From Scyliorhinus canicula (lineage: Eukaryota): a stretch of DNA of 64,000 bases. The translations under genes and the position numbers were made by a program. The notes beneath the pieces were generated by a model. The model did no database searches and was not told where the DNA came from. It was given only the letters and a program-made list of their open reading frames with translations. Below, in pieces: positions 1-12,100 of the stretch (position 1 is its first letter; each line of letters begins with the position of its first letter). The stretch lies in assembly GCF_902713615.1 (NCBI RefSeq), contig NC_052147.1, forward strand, positions 116,242,552 to 116,306,551, written 5' to 3'.

Positions 1-616
1 TGTGTTTATTTAGAAATAACAGAAAATAAAATGTGAAAAATTACTAGGATTTCATTGCTGAGCAGATTAAACAAAAATATACTTTTCGCATTTCCTACTG
101 GCCTCTAATTTCCTTCCTAACTACAAAAAGAGTTCTTTTAGTGGCACTGACTTCACTGATTCTATGTGGAAACAGCTGACTGGTTAGCTTTGCTCCCACT
201 GTAGAAAATTGAGTCCGTCACAATTTAGACATTTTGAGAACTAACATGTTGAACATTTTTGATGTGAGGAACCTTCATGGATTATGTTTTTAGTGCCAAA
301 AATGGCAGGTGTGTAACTCGAAGGTAAAGGTTCAATTGAGCTGTGTAAGGATTGAGATAGTGCACTTATGTACATTTATATGACATTTATACTGTTGCTG
401 AAATAGTCTATTTCGTGCTTTGTCCATACAGGAGTCTAGTTTTAAAATCTGGACAACAGTCTCTATTTGCTTTTGTCTACATGGTTTTAATAAATAGGGC
501 TACCATAATTGTTGGAAGATCAAATTGTATCGCAGCTCTTGCCCAAGCAATCCAAAATAAACTGACTTCCACATTAAAGTTGTAGCTGCAGAGTGCTATT
601 TAAAAGGGAGATGAAT

Positions 617-3480
617 TGGTGGAGTGAAGGATGGGGGTGGAAATGTAGTGCAGAAGGGGACAGAAGTAAACGGGGTCTTTAGGGACTTTTACGAGGGATT
701 GTACCGGTTGGAACCTCCGAGGGGGAGAGAGGGGTTGGAGAGTTTCATGAACAGGCTATGTTTCCCAAGGGTTCATGAGAGGCTGGTAGAGGGGCTGGGG
801 GCGCCGATAGAGTTGGAGGAGCTAGTCAGGGGGATCGGACAAATGCACTCGGGTAAGGCCCCGGGGCCGGACGGGTTCCCGGCGGAATTTTACAAAAAAT
901 ATGCGGACCTGGTGGGTCCCCTGTTGATGCGAACTTTCAATGAGGCATGGGAGGGGGGGGGGGGGGGGGCTTTGCCCCCGATGATGTCGCGGGCACTGAT
1001 CTCTTTGATCCTAAAATGGGATAAGGACCCCTTGCAGTGCGGATCATATAGGCCTATCTCGCTCCTTAATGTAGACGCTAAGTTACTGGCGAAGATCCTG
1101 GCTACCAGGATAGAGGATTGTGTACCAGAGGTAATTCATGAAGATCAGACAGGATTTGTCAAGGGACGGCAGCTCAACACGAATGTGCGGAGACTGCTCA
1201 ATGTTATCATGATGCCGGCAGTGGAAGGGGAGGCGGAGATAGTGGTGGCGCTGGACGCAGAGAAAGCGTTTGATAGAGTTGAGTGGGGGTACCTGTGGGA
1301 GGTGCTGGAGAGGTTTGGATTTGGGGAGGGATTCATCAAATGGGTGAGGCTGCTTTACGCGGCTCCGATGGCGAGTGTAGTCACAAATGGAAGGAGATCG
1401 GAGTACTTTAGGCTCTATCGTGGGACCAGGCAGGGGTGTCCCCTGTCCCCCCTGCTCTTTGCACTGGCGATTGAACCGCTGGCCATGGCGTTGAGGGAGT
1501 CAGGGAAATGGAGGGGTCTGGTGCGGGGTGGGGAGGAGCACCGGGTATCGCTGTATGCGGACGACCTGCTGTTATATGTGGCGGACCCAGAGGGGGGAAT
1601 GCCGGGGGTGATGGAGCTGTTAGCGGAATTTGGGGGCTTTTCGGGATATAAGCTAAATTTAGGAAAGAGCGAGGTATTTGTAGTGCACCCGGTAGAGCAA
1701 GAGGAGGGAATTGGGAGGCTCCCTTTCAGGAGGGCAGTGAAGAGTCTCAGGTACCTAGGGGTGCAGGTGGCCAGGAGTTAGGGGGCTCTCCATAAGCTTA
1801 ACTTCACCAGACTAGTGAAACAGATGGAGGAGGAATTTAAAAGGTGGGACATGGTGCCGCTATCGCTGGCGGGCAGAGTGCAATCCGTCAAAATGATGGT
1901 TCTCCCGAGGTTCTTATTCCTCTTCCAGTGCTTGCCAATCTTTATCCCTAGGGCCTTTTTTAAAAGGGTGACCAGCAGCATCATGGGATTTGTTTGGGCG
2001 CATGGCACCCCGAGGGTGAAGAGGGTCTTCTTGGAGCGGGGTAGAGATGGGGGGGCTGGCGTTGCCCAACTCTCGGGGTACTACTGGGCGGCCAACGTGT
2101 CGATGGTGCGTAAGTGGGTGATGGAGGGGGAGGGGGCAGCATGGAAACGGATGGAGAGAGCGTCCTGTGGGGATACAAGCCTGGGGGCCCTGGTAACGGC
2201 GCCGTTGCCGCTCCCTCCCATGAGGTATACCACGTGTCCGGTGGCGGCGGCTACCCTCAAGATTTGGGGTCAGTGGAGGCGACATAGGGGAGAAGTGGGG
2301 GGCTCGATGGAGGCTCTGTTAAGGGTGAACCATAGGTTCGTCCCGGTGAACATGGATGGGGGATTTCAGGGATGGTACAGAGCGGGCATTAGACAGCTGA
2401 GGGACCTGTTTATCGACGGAAGGTTTGCGAGCCTGGGGGAGTTGGAGGAGAAATTTGGGCTCCCTCCGGGAAACATGTTTAGATATCTGCAGGTAAAGGC
2501 ATTTGCTAGACGGCAGGTGGAGGGGTTCCCTGCGCTCCCTCAAGGGGGTGAGTGACAGGGTGCTTTCGGGGTTCTGGGTCGGGGAGGGCAAGATATCCGA
2601 TATCTACAAGGTTATGCAGGAGGTGGAAGAGGCGTCAGTAGAGGAGCTGAAAACGAAGTGGGAGGGGGAACTGGGGGAACAGATCGAAGACGGGACATGG
2701 GCTGATGCCCTGGAGAGGGTAAATTCTTCCTCCTCGTGTGCGCGGCTTAGCCTCATTCAATCCAACGTGCTGCATAGGGCCCACATGACTGGGTCGAGGA
2801 TGAGTAGGTTCTTTGGGGGTGAAGATAGGTGTGTCAGGTACTCGGGAGTCCAGCGAACCATGCCCATATGTTCTGGGCATGCCCGGCACTGGAGGAGTTC
2901 TGGAAGGGGGTGGCGAGGACGGTGTCAAGGGTGGTGGGATCCAGGGTCAAGCCAGGATGGGGACTCGCGATCTTTGGGGTTGGGGTAGAGTCGGGAGTGC
3001 AGGAGGCGAAAGAGGCCGGTTTGCTGGCCTTTGCGTCCCTAGTAGCCCGGCGAAGGATTTTGCTACAATGGAAGGATGCAAGGCCCCCAAGTGTGGAGAC
3101 CTGGATCAATGACATGGCGGGCTTCATTAAGCTTGAGAAGGTTAAATTCGCCCTGAGAGGATCGGTGCAAGGGTTGTTTAAGCGGTGGCAACCTTTCCTC
3201 GACTTTCTGGCTCAACGATAGGGTACTGGGACAGTAGCAGCAGCAACCTGGGGGGGGGGGACAATGACTATGTTTGTTTATTTTATTTAAATTTGATTTA
3301 TTTAATTTAAATTTATGGTTAAGTTTTCTTGTTGGGGGGGGGGTGGGGGGAGTGTGACACATGTGATATTACGGTTTGGGGGGATTTGTGGGTGTTAGGG
3401 GGCAGTTCGTTGTATATTATTACTTGTTACATTTTTATATTTTCTGTAAAAAATTCCAATAAAAATTGTTTTAAAAAAAT
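617..3480 (+). mobile_element. 5'-truncated L1-clade LINE (ORF2 RT and C-terminal region, disrupted)
   Basis: KAPGPDGFP, LDAEKAFDRVEW, GTRQGCPLSPLLF, LYADD; premature TAG at 1779 and frame switches near 2540 and 2845; G/T-rich 3' UTR, AATAAA, short A tail; 13-bp TSD AAGGGAGATGAAT at 604-616 and 3481-3493. Confidence 0.93.
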
Positions 3481-4504
3481 AAGGGAGATGAATATTTCAG
3501 AGGTTAGATAGGTTTTAATTTTAAATTGAGGCATAGCAGACGTACAATGATTGCATTGTGAGGGCTCCACAATGTGAAAGTCTATGCAACGAAGTTTATC
3601 ATTGATTTGTTTAATGTAACATGGTGCCAAAGACCCGGGTTCAATTCAGGCCTTGGGTGAGTTTGTACGTTCGCCCCGTGACTGCATGGGTTACCTCTCT
3701 CAGTCCAAAGTTTGCAGGTTAGTGGCCCTGTTAAAATTGCCCCTTCGTGTTCAAAGATGTGTGTGTGTGCGGGGGGGGGGGGGGGGTTGGCCTAGGTAGG
3801 GTGCTCTTTCCAAGTGTCAGTGCAGACTCGATGGGCCAAATGGTATTGGGATTCTGTGATATTCTATTCAAACAAACTGCATATTTTTATTTTACTGTAA
3901 AGTATTAAGCTCTAAGATTGGCTGCAGAGTTGCACTCTCGAAAGCACTTTAAACTACAGTTACTAAACTCACCTTTACTGTGAGATTCACCTTAAATGCC
4001 AAATACAGAGGAATACTTTTGCGAAGGTTTCTCAAACTGGACTACTGTAAACTGGGCTTTCATTTTAAGAAAATCTCCAGATAATCGTTTAATAGTTATT
4101 GTGAATGTTTTGAATCTGACATCCAACTTGTTGACTTCATCAGTTTTTGCTAAACTAGTAAAGGTCGATCAAAATTACAACCTTATGCAAAAGTGACTAC
4201 TTTTGGAATTTTGAATCTCAATTTTTATGACTAAATATTGTCAAATTTATAACTTGTAGTTTATATCTGAAATGCACTGCTTCAGATGCAGTATTAATTC
4301 CGCTGAATTTAGATTTGCAGCTTTAGAATATCTAGGTTCATAGTCTTGCAGAGGATTCACCACAATCAATATACCTGTATTTGTATAGCGCTTACAAAGT
4401 TATAAAATGTTCCAACGTGCTTCACAAGAGTAACATAAATGAGTCAATGATATATTAGGGCCAATGACCTAAAACCTGTAAGAACGATAGGTTTTCAAAA
4501 GAAA

Positions 4505-4710
4505 TACGTGCACTTACGTTGCACTTTTCACGGCCACCAGACGTCCAATAGTGCCAGTGAAGTACTTCGGCAGTCTGGTCACTGGTGTAGGAAATGTGCA
4601 GCCAATTTGTGCACAGCAAGCTCTCATAAACAGCAATGACTAGATAATCTGTTTTGTGATGTTAATTGAAGGATAAATCATGGCCGGAAGACTGGGGATA
4701 ACTCCCAGCC
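4505..4710 (-). mobile_element. DeuSINE (SacSINE1/AmnSINE1-like) remnant; other pieces near 15580-15690, 51430-51500, 52300-52480
   Basis: GCAGCCAATTTGTGCACAGCAAG..AAACAGCAATG..GATAATCTGTTTT..GGATAAAT..GGGGATAACTCCC recognised from memory as the Deu-domain SINE. Confidence 0.55.
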
Positions 4711-5556
4711 CTTTGATAGGTGGCAATAATTTCAAGTATCTTGACAGACAAATGAATGGGCAGGGAATGGAGTGATACAGATCATTTTGGGCAACAAGTA
4801 AAGTGTTTTAAAGCAAATGGCGTACTTTTGAAACATATTCACTGTTGTAATGTAGGAAGCTGTAAGTACACATGTGTGATCACATTTAGTTTTTAAATTG
4901 TTATTTTCATAATGTATTCACTAGAAATAAGGAAGCCCTTTTATACTTCTGACATGTGACTTCCTGCAGCCATTTCGCCTTCTGTACCTTTTCTATATTA
5001 ACTATATTGATTTCATAGCAATAACAATAATTAATTCAATGATTATTTAGTAGTGAACATTGATTATCATTAGTGACTTGGTGTATTAGGTAATTATATT
5101 GTAAAGACTAAATTCTTTATTCCACCAAAATGTTTTCAGAAACTGCCAAGAATATGTGGGATAGGCAGTAATCCAGAGATTTAGGTTAATGCTCTGGGGA
5201 TTTGGGATTGAATCTGTCTAGATATTGAAATTGAATAAAAGTCTTGAATTAAAAGTCTCATGATGACATTGTGGATTGTTGTGAAACCCCATCTGGTTCA
5301 CTAATGTCACTTAAGTCCGGTTACGGGGACAGGGTGGGGGTGTGGGCTTGGGTGGGGTGCTCTTTCCAAGGGCTGGTGCAGACTCAATGGACCGAATGGC
5401 CTCCTACTGCACTGTAAATTCTATAAGTAGCAGGTCTCAACAAGGAATCTGGATTGACGCAGGCTTGGAGGGCCAAATGGCCTGTTCCTGTGCTGTAATG
5501 TTCTTTGCTTGTAAGACTGCTCAAATGTATGTCAGTCACAGCAATTTGTTTCACTA

Positions 5557-5562
5557 TTTATT
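5557..5562 (-). terminator. Candidate RDH12 poly(A) signal AATAAA
   Basis: First TTTATT (plus strand) I find beyond the stop, about 500 nt downstream. Confidence 0.4.
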
Positions 5563-6066
5563 TTAGTTTCCTCACTTCAACACATTGGTGCAATGTTTAC
5601 TCCTGGTCACCATAAAAAAACCCTGAACAAAGTTTCTAAAGCATGAAACAATGCTAGTCATTAAAGGAGTGCTTTGGCATGTGAACAATTTGCAGTAAAG
5701 TTGCATTGCAGCAGTCAGTGCTATCGTAACTTTGATGATGCATTAGCATGTGTTGAGATTTTGGCAATTGGTTCAAAACCTTACACTGTGCCTTCTCAAA
5801 CAGCCAAAATTCTATTTAAAATGTAATGGCTGTTGCAGCATGGTACCTGGTGGGGAAGGGTGGCTATTGCAGACTACACACATTATAGTTTGCTGATTGG
5901 ATCGATGCAGTGACCATGTTCAGTAACATCAACTTCATAATCAAGAAGTTGCATGTTCTGGATTGTAGTAGCTTTTTGTGCAGCAGCTGTTAAATAAATA
6001 AATCAGTATTCAGTCTGCCTCTTCCTTGTTCTTGGTTTCCAAACATTTTCATCTTTCGGGTAATTC

Positions 6067-6169
6067 TCAATCCCATCGAATTTTCAAAAGTTTGCAGCTG
6101 ACATCCCATAACTTCCTGGCTGTTACATCGTTTCTACCCTGAGGTGCGACAAATGCAGGGCTGCAGTCA
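6067..6169 (-). CDS. RDH12: RDH12 last coding exon
   Basis: [36 protein letters not shown]; 103 nt, cag acceptor. Confidence 0.93.
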
Positions 6170-9100
6170 CTGTGAAGAAAACCAAACATATCTCACTGAA
6201 AATGGAAACCTCAAAGTGGGGTTCACTTCATCTCTCATTACCTAAAGTATAAGGGGGTCACAATTTTCTTCTTCCAAGTATGTCACATTTAATTTTATTA
6301 GTTACAGCTGATCAACAAAAAGGGAGAGGCATGGTGGCAATGTCACTGAACTAGTAAGACAGAGTTCCAAATGCTTCGGGGACATGGGTTCAAATCCGAC
6401 CACGGTAGCTGGTGGAATTTAAATCCAATTAAATTAAAAAATCTGGAATTGAAAGCTAGTCTCAGTAATGGTCCAGAATCTTGTGCTCTCGCTGGTGGTG
6501 AGTTTGTAGTCGGGAAGAGCATTTACTGAGGCATACTTGAACCCTGCCACTTTCCCCCCCAATACCAGATTTTAAGTTCATGGTCGATCTTGGAGGGATT
6601 ATGTAGTGAGGCATTAAGGGTGGAGCTCAGGAATAAGGGGGGTGAAATCACAAGGTTGGGAGTGCACTAAAAAGGTGTGAAAAAAGCAGGGTAGTTGTGG
6701 TGGATGATTTTAACTCTTTCCTCCCTCCCCGGGGAAAATCCATGTCTGACACGTGGAAGGCTTTTAAAGGCCAGTTGATTGAAGTGCAGGACATGGATAC
6801 ATAAAACATAGTGCAGAGGGAGGCCATTCAGCCCATCGAGTCTGCACCGACCCACTTAAGCCCTCGCTTCCACCCTATCCCCATAACCCAATAACCCCTC
6901 CTAACATTATTGGACACTAGGGGCAATTTAGCATGACCAATCCACCTAACCTGCACGTTTTTGGACTGTGGGAGGAAACCGGAGCACCCGGAGGAAACCC
7001 ACGCAGACACGGGGAGAACGTGCAGACTCCGCACAGACAGTGACCCAGCAGGGATTCAAACCTGGGACCCTGGCGCTGTGAAGCCACAGTACTAGCCACA
7101 TGTGTTACCATGTTGGCATGTCCCTGCAAAATGAAGGATAGAAATGGCAGGATTCGGAAACCATCGATTACAAGGAAAAAAAATGTAAGCACAGTGAAAA
7201 GGAAAAAGGAAGGCTAGGTCTAGGCATCTAAAAACTGGAACTTAAACGTGGAATTAGGAGGGCTAAAAAGGGCCATAAAATGTCTTTGGCAAACATGATC
7301 AAGGAGAATCCCAAGGCTTTTTATGCATATATTAGGAGCAAGAGGAAGATTGGGACCACTCAAGGACAATGGAGGGTGTGGTATTATCATAACTATAAGA
7401 ACTGCAAGGGCTTATGAAATGACTAGAGTAGCCACTAGAGGGACCTACAGATGCAAGTATATAATGTTGAGGTCAGGGATAGGTGTGTGAAAGCTCTTGA
7501 GAACATCAATATACCAAAGAAGGAAGTGTTGAGTATCTAATTTGCATTAAGGTAGACAGTCCCCTGGGCCAGATGGGATCTATCAAAGGAGCAAGGGGAG
7601 AAATAACTGGGGCCTTAACCGATATTTTAGCATCCTTCTTGACCACAGGCAAGGTTCCAGATAACTGGAGACTAGCCAATGTTGTTCTCTTGTTTAAGAA
7701 AGGAAGCATGCAGGCAGCATGGTGGCCTAGTGGTTAGCACAGCTGCCTCATGGCGCTGAGGTCCCAGGTTCGATCCCGGCTCTGGGTCACTGTCCCCGTG
7801 TCTGCGTGGGTTTCGCCCCCACAACCCAAAAATGTGCAGGCTAGGTGGATTGGCCACACTAAATTACCCCCTTAATTGGAAAAAATAATTGGGTAATCTA
7901 AATTTATAAAAAAAAAGGAAGCATGGATAATCTAGCAAATGATAGGCTGGTGAGCCTGACATCAGTGATGGGGAAGCTTAGATACCGAGGGACAGGATAT
8001 ATGCACATTTGGAGGAAAATGGACTAGCAACAGGCAACATAGTTTTGTACGGGGAAGATCATGTCTCACCAACTTGATTGAGTTTTTTGAAGAGGTGACA
8101 AAGAAAATTGATGAGGGAAGGGCTGTGGATATAGTTTATATGGACTTTAGCAATGTGTTTGACAAGATCCCACATGGCAGACTGGTACAAAAACTAAAAT
8201 CACATGGGATTCGGGGCTAGATGGATACAGAACTGGTTTGGTTGTAGAAGACAGAGTAGCGGTGGAAGGGTGTTTTCTGAATGGAGATCTGTAACTAGTG
8301 GTGTTCCGCAGGGATCAGTGCTGGGACCTTTGTTGTTTGCATAAATGATCTGGAGGAAAATGTGGGTGATCTGATTACTATGTTTGCGGATGACACGAAG
8401 ATTGGCGGAGTTGCTGACAGTGCCGAGAGTTGTCAGAGGACACAACAGGATATATAGATTGGAGACTTGGGCACAGAAACGGCAGATGGAGTTTAAGCTG
8501 GACAAATGCGAGGTGATGCATTTTGGAGGATCAACTCTAGGTATGAATTATACTGTAAATGGCAGAACCCTTAGGAACATTAACATACAGAGGGATTTGG
8601 GTGTGCAAGTCCACAGTTCCCTAAAAGTGGCAACACAGGTGGCCAAGGTGATTAAGAAGGCATATGGCATGCTTGCCTTCATCAGCTGGGGCATTGAGTA
8701 AAGGCGTTGAGAAATCATGGAGCAGGTATATAATACCTTGGTTAGGCCACATTTGGGAGTATTGCGTGCAGTTCTCGTCACCACACTGGAATTAGCCCAG
8801 CTGCAGGTTAGCCTATTGCCATGTGATATTGGGTGCCTGATTGAGGGACTGGATATTGGGCCCCCTCCCTAATGAGAGCCACACCCTTCCCCTTGCTGCT
8901 GATTCCTCTTCATCCTTCTCCATGTGAAACAACACCCAACTACATTACTTACCTGTGGCCTTGGAGCCTCTGGGATTCTGTTGCCTGTCCCTCCAGAAAC
9001 AGAAACAGCTTAGTGGTGCTGCTGAGCACAAAGGCCAGACCAGGTAAAGATGGCAGATTTCCTTCCCTAAAGGACATTAGTGAACCAGATGGGTTTTTCT

Positions 9101-12100
9101 GACATCGACAATGGCTTCATGGTTATCATTAGACTTTTAATTCCAGACTTCTATTGAATTCAAATTTCACCATCTGCTATGGTGGGATTTGATCCCGGAT
9201 ACTCAAAGCATTCCCCTAAGTCTCTGGATTACTGGTCCAGTGACAGTACCACTATGCCACCGCCTCCTAATTTAAAAAAAAATGATAGTTCACAAACCTG
9301 AAATGTTTTCCAGAAATCTCTTGCAACTCTTCAGCTACAGCACAATATATACTGGTCTGTGCACCCTCTTTTGGTGTTTTGATGAGGAAAGTGAGAACCC
9401 TCCATGCCAAGGACATGATGAAGGAATGCCTGGTTAGTTCCGATTTGACAGAGCCCGGATGGACAGAATTTACAGTGACTTTAGTGTCTATATCCAGAAA
9501 AGAAACAAAGTGAAATATAACCAGTTTTACTGTAAGATTAAATTTTTTTGAAGCTTTTCATCTTGCACTCACCAGGACAATTGCAGGAATACCAATGTCA
9601 GGGCAAACAACATTCACTGGTTCATTCAACAGGACAATGCTTTGACCAATATGAGTCAAGCTGCTTGTTTACATTTCAAACAATGCTTGGCAGTTAACTG
9701 TCGGTCACCATCAATTGGTGCATTCTCCATGTTGACATCTTTACCAATCAAACTCCACTTACCAACCAATCAGCACCAGCTTCTCATTCGGAATAAGTAT
9801 GTTGTCACCCCTGACACTGGTATTCTTGCGATTTTCCTGATGAGTGCAAAACAAAAAGCTTTGACAAAATGTATTTTTTCAGCAATTCTCCAGTTCTGTA
9901 CTACCAAACGATTATTTATAGCCTAGTTTAAAAACCACCTCCTGAAAGCTAGTGGTTTTCAAACAAAGCTTCTTTGCAAGTGACAGAAAACAAGCCAACG
10001 AGGCCTTAGGCTCATTGAAGGGGTCATAATGCAATCCAGCTACTTTTAGACATGAAGACGGACATTTGTGAGCAAAGACCAAGGAGGCTAATATGTAATA
10101 GCCAATGGACAGGTATAGAACCTTGTGTTTCATTGATTTGGAGATCATTGGGGAAATCAACAGGGTTGAATGAGCTGATTAACACCAAAAGGACTGAAAT
10201 TGAACATGTCGCTCAGATTGGTTGGTAGAATTGGGGATGTTCCTTTGAAACTTTGAGTAACAAAAACACCATTTTTATATATCCCAATGTCAATCTTTGA
10301 TTCTAGTTAGTTTTGTATAGTAGTTCTTTGCAATAGAAGCTGGGACTGTTTTTGATGTAGTAAATGCAAAAAGGAGCCTCTGTCAAATTGTGAATTGCAA
10401 AATAGTTTGATATTCCTCACTTAGATTTGGCTTACTGTAATCCCCAATTAAAATAGCCTTTTTACAAATCCCTGCCTCTTGAAGAGTAAATCCTGACCCT
10501 CATGTCCACACTGGCACCGTGGTATGTGATTAGGAGTTCGCTCTATAGTGGTTAGTTTTCCGCCTCACAGGCAGGAATATTGAAGTCAGACGTCGGCTCC
10601 CTATCACTGCACAGGCCGAGACCATACACCAGCAATAATGTATTGGAACATTCTTGGTCTAGATGCCTCAGTTGCTCATTGGCATCTGTTTAGATCAAAA
10701 ATAGAATAATAAACTGATGAACAAAAAAGGCCAGAATCTGTGTCATCCAGCTGAAAAGGACTTTAAACAGATGATCTTTACACAAAATTTTGCCCAAATT
10801 GTGGAGATACAATTTGCATCTTACCTTTTAGACGCTTGGTCAGTTCCCGGGTGAACAGGATATTTGCTAGTTTACTTTGGCAGTAAGCCAATCCCCCATC
10901 ATAACTCTTCTCACTCTGAAGATCCTTAAAGTTGATCCGACCGAAGACATGAGCAAAGGACGATACATTAACAATGCGAGCAGGGGCTGATCTTTTAATG
11001 AGATCGAGAAGAAGGCAGGTCAGCAAGAAATGACCTGAAGGAAAAGAATACAAAACATTTGACATCGGTGATCTTTCTTTTTGTTTTTCCAATTAAGGGT
11101 CAATTTTAGCGTTGCCAATCCATCTACTCTTCACATCTTTGGGTAGTGGGGGTGAGACCCATGCAGTCACGGGGAGAATGTGCAAACACCACACAGACAG
11201 TGACCCGGGTCTCGGCGGCGTGAGGAAGCAGTGCTAAGCACTGTACCATCGTGCCACCCTGTGATCTTTAGTTTTCCACTTCCCTGGGACATTCTGTGTT
11301 GCGTTTAGAACTCCCAATTACCGTGCTCTATTCCAAAGTCAATAGTCTCAGTAAATACTCCGATCACCACATATAACTCATCTCCTTGGAGAGAAGGATG
11401 AGGGACGGAAAGCTGTTCAAGATCAAGAGGGGGCTGGACAGAGTAGATAGGGAGCATATTTCATAGAATGTACAGTGCAGAAGGAGGCCATTTGACCCAT
11501 TGAGCCTGCACCGGCTCTTGGAAGGAGCACCCTACTCAAGCCCATCCCTGTAACGAACCCAACTTAACTTAAGGGCAATTTTAGCATAGCCAATCCACTT
11601 AACCTGCACATCTTTGGACTTGTGGGAGGAAACCGGATCACCCGGAAGAAACCCTCGCAGACACGGGGAGAACATGCAAACTCCGCATGGACAGTAAGCC
11701 GGGAATCGAACCTGAGACCCTGGAGCTGTGAAGCAACAGTGCTAACCACTGTGCTGCCATGCCTCCTGGATAAACTTTTCCTGCTCGTAAAAGGATCAAG
11801 AACAAGAGGGCACAGATTTAAAAGTGTTTGGCAAAAGAAGCAAATGCGAGGAGAGAAAACACGTTTGGGTCTGGAGTGCTCTGCCTGGAAGTTTGGTGGA
11901 AGCAGGTTCAATAGAGGCATTCAAGAAGGCCTTAGGTACTTGAATCGAAACAATGTGCAGGGGTGTGGGGAGAAGGCAGGGGAATTACATTAAGCCATGA
12001 TGCCCGTTTGGAGAGCTGGTGCAGATACGGCAGGCCTAATGACCTGGCACCGTAACAATTCCGTGATACCAGTTTACGATTTAGAGAAACAAAATAATGC

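Noticed and set aside
1-6000. Expected 3' exons of ZFYVE26, the usual neighbour of RDH12
   Set aside because: No matching coding exon found; it presumably lies outside the window if synteny holds.
6917-7192. Recurring Cys-rich short ORFs ([17 protein letters not shown]...) throughout the ORF track
   Set aside because: They are translations of HE1-like SINE copies, not a zinc-finger gene family.
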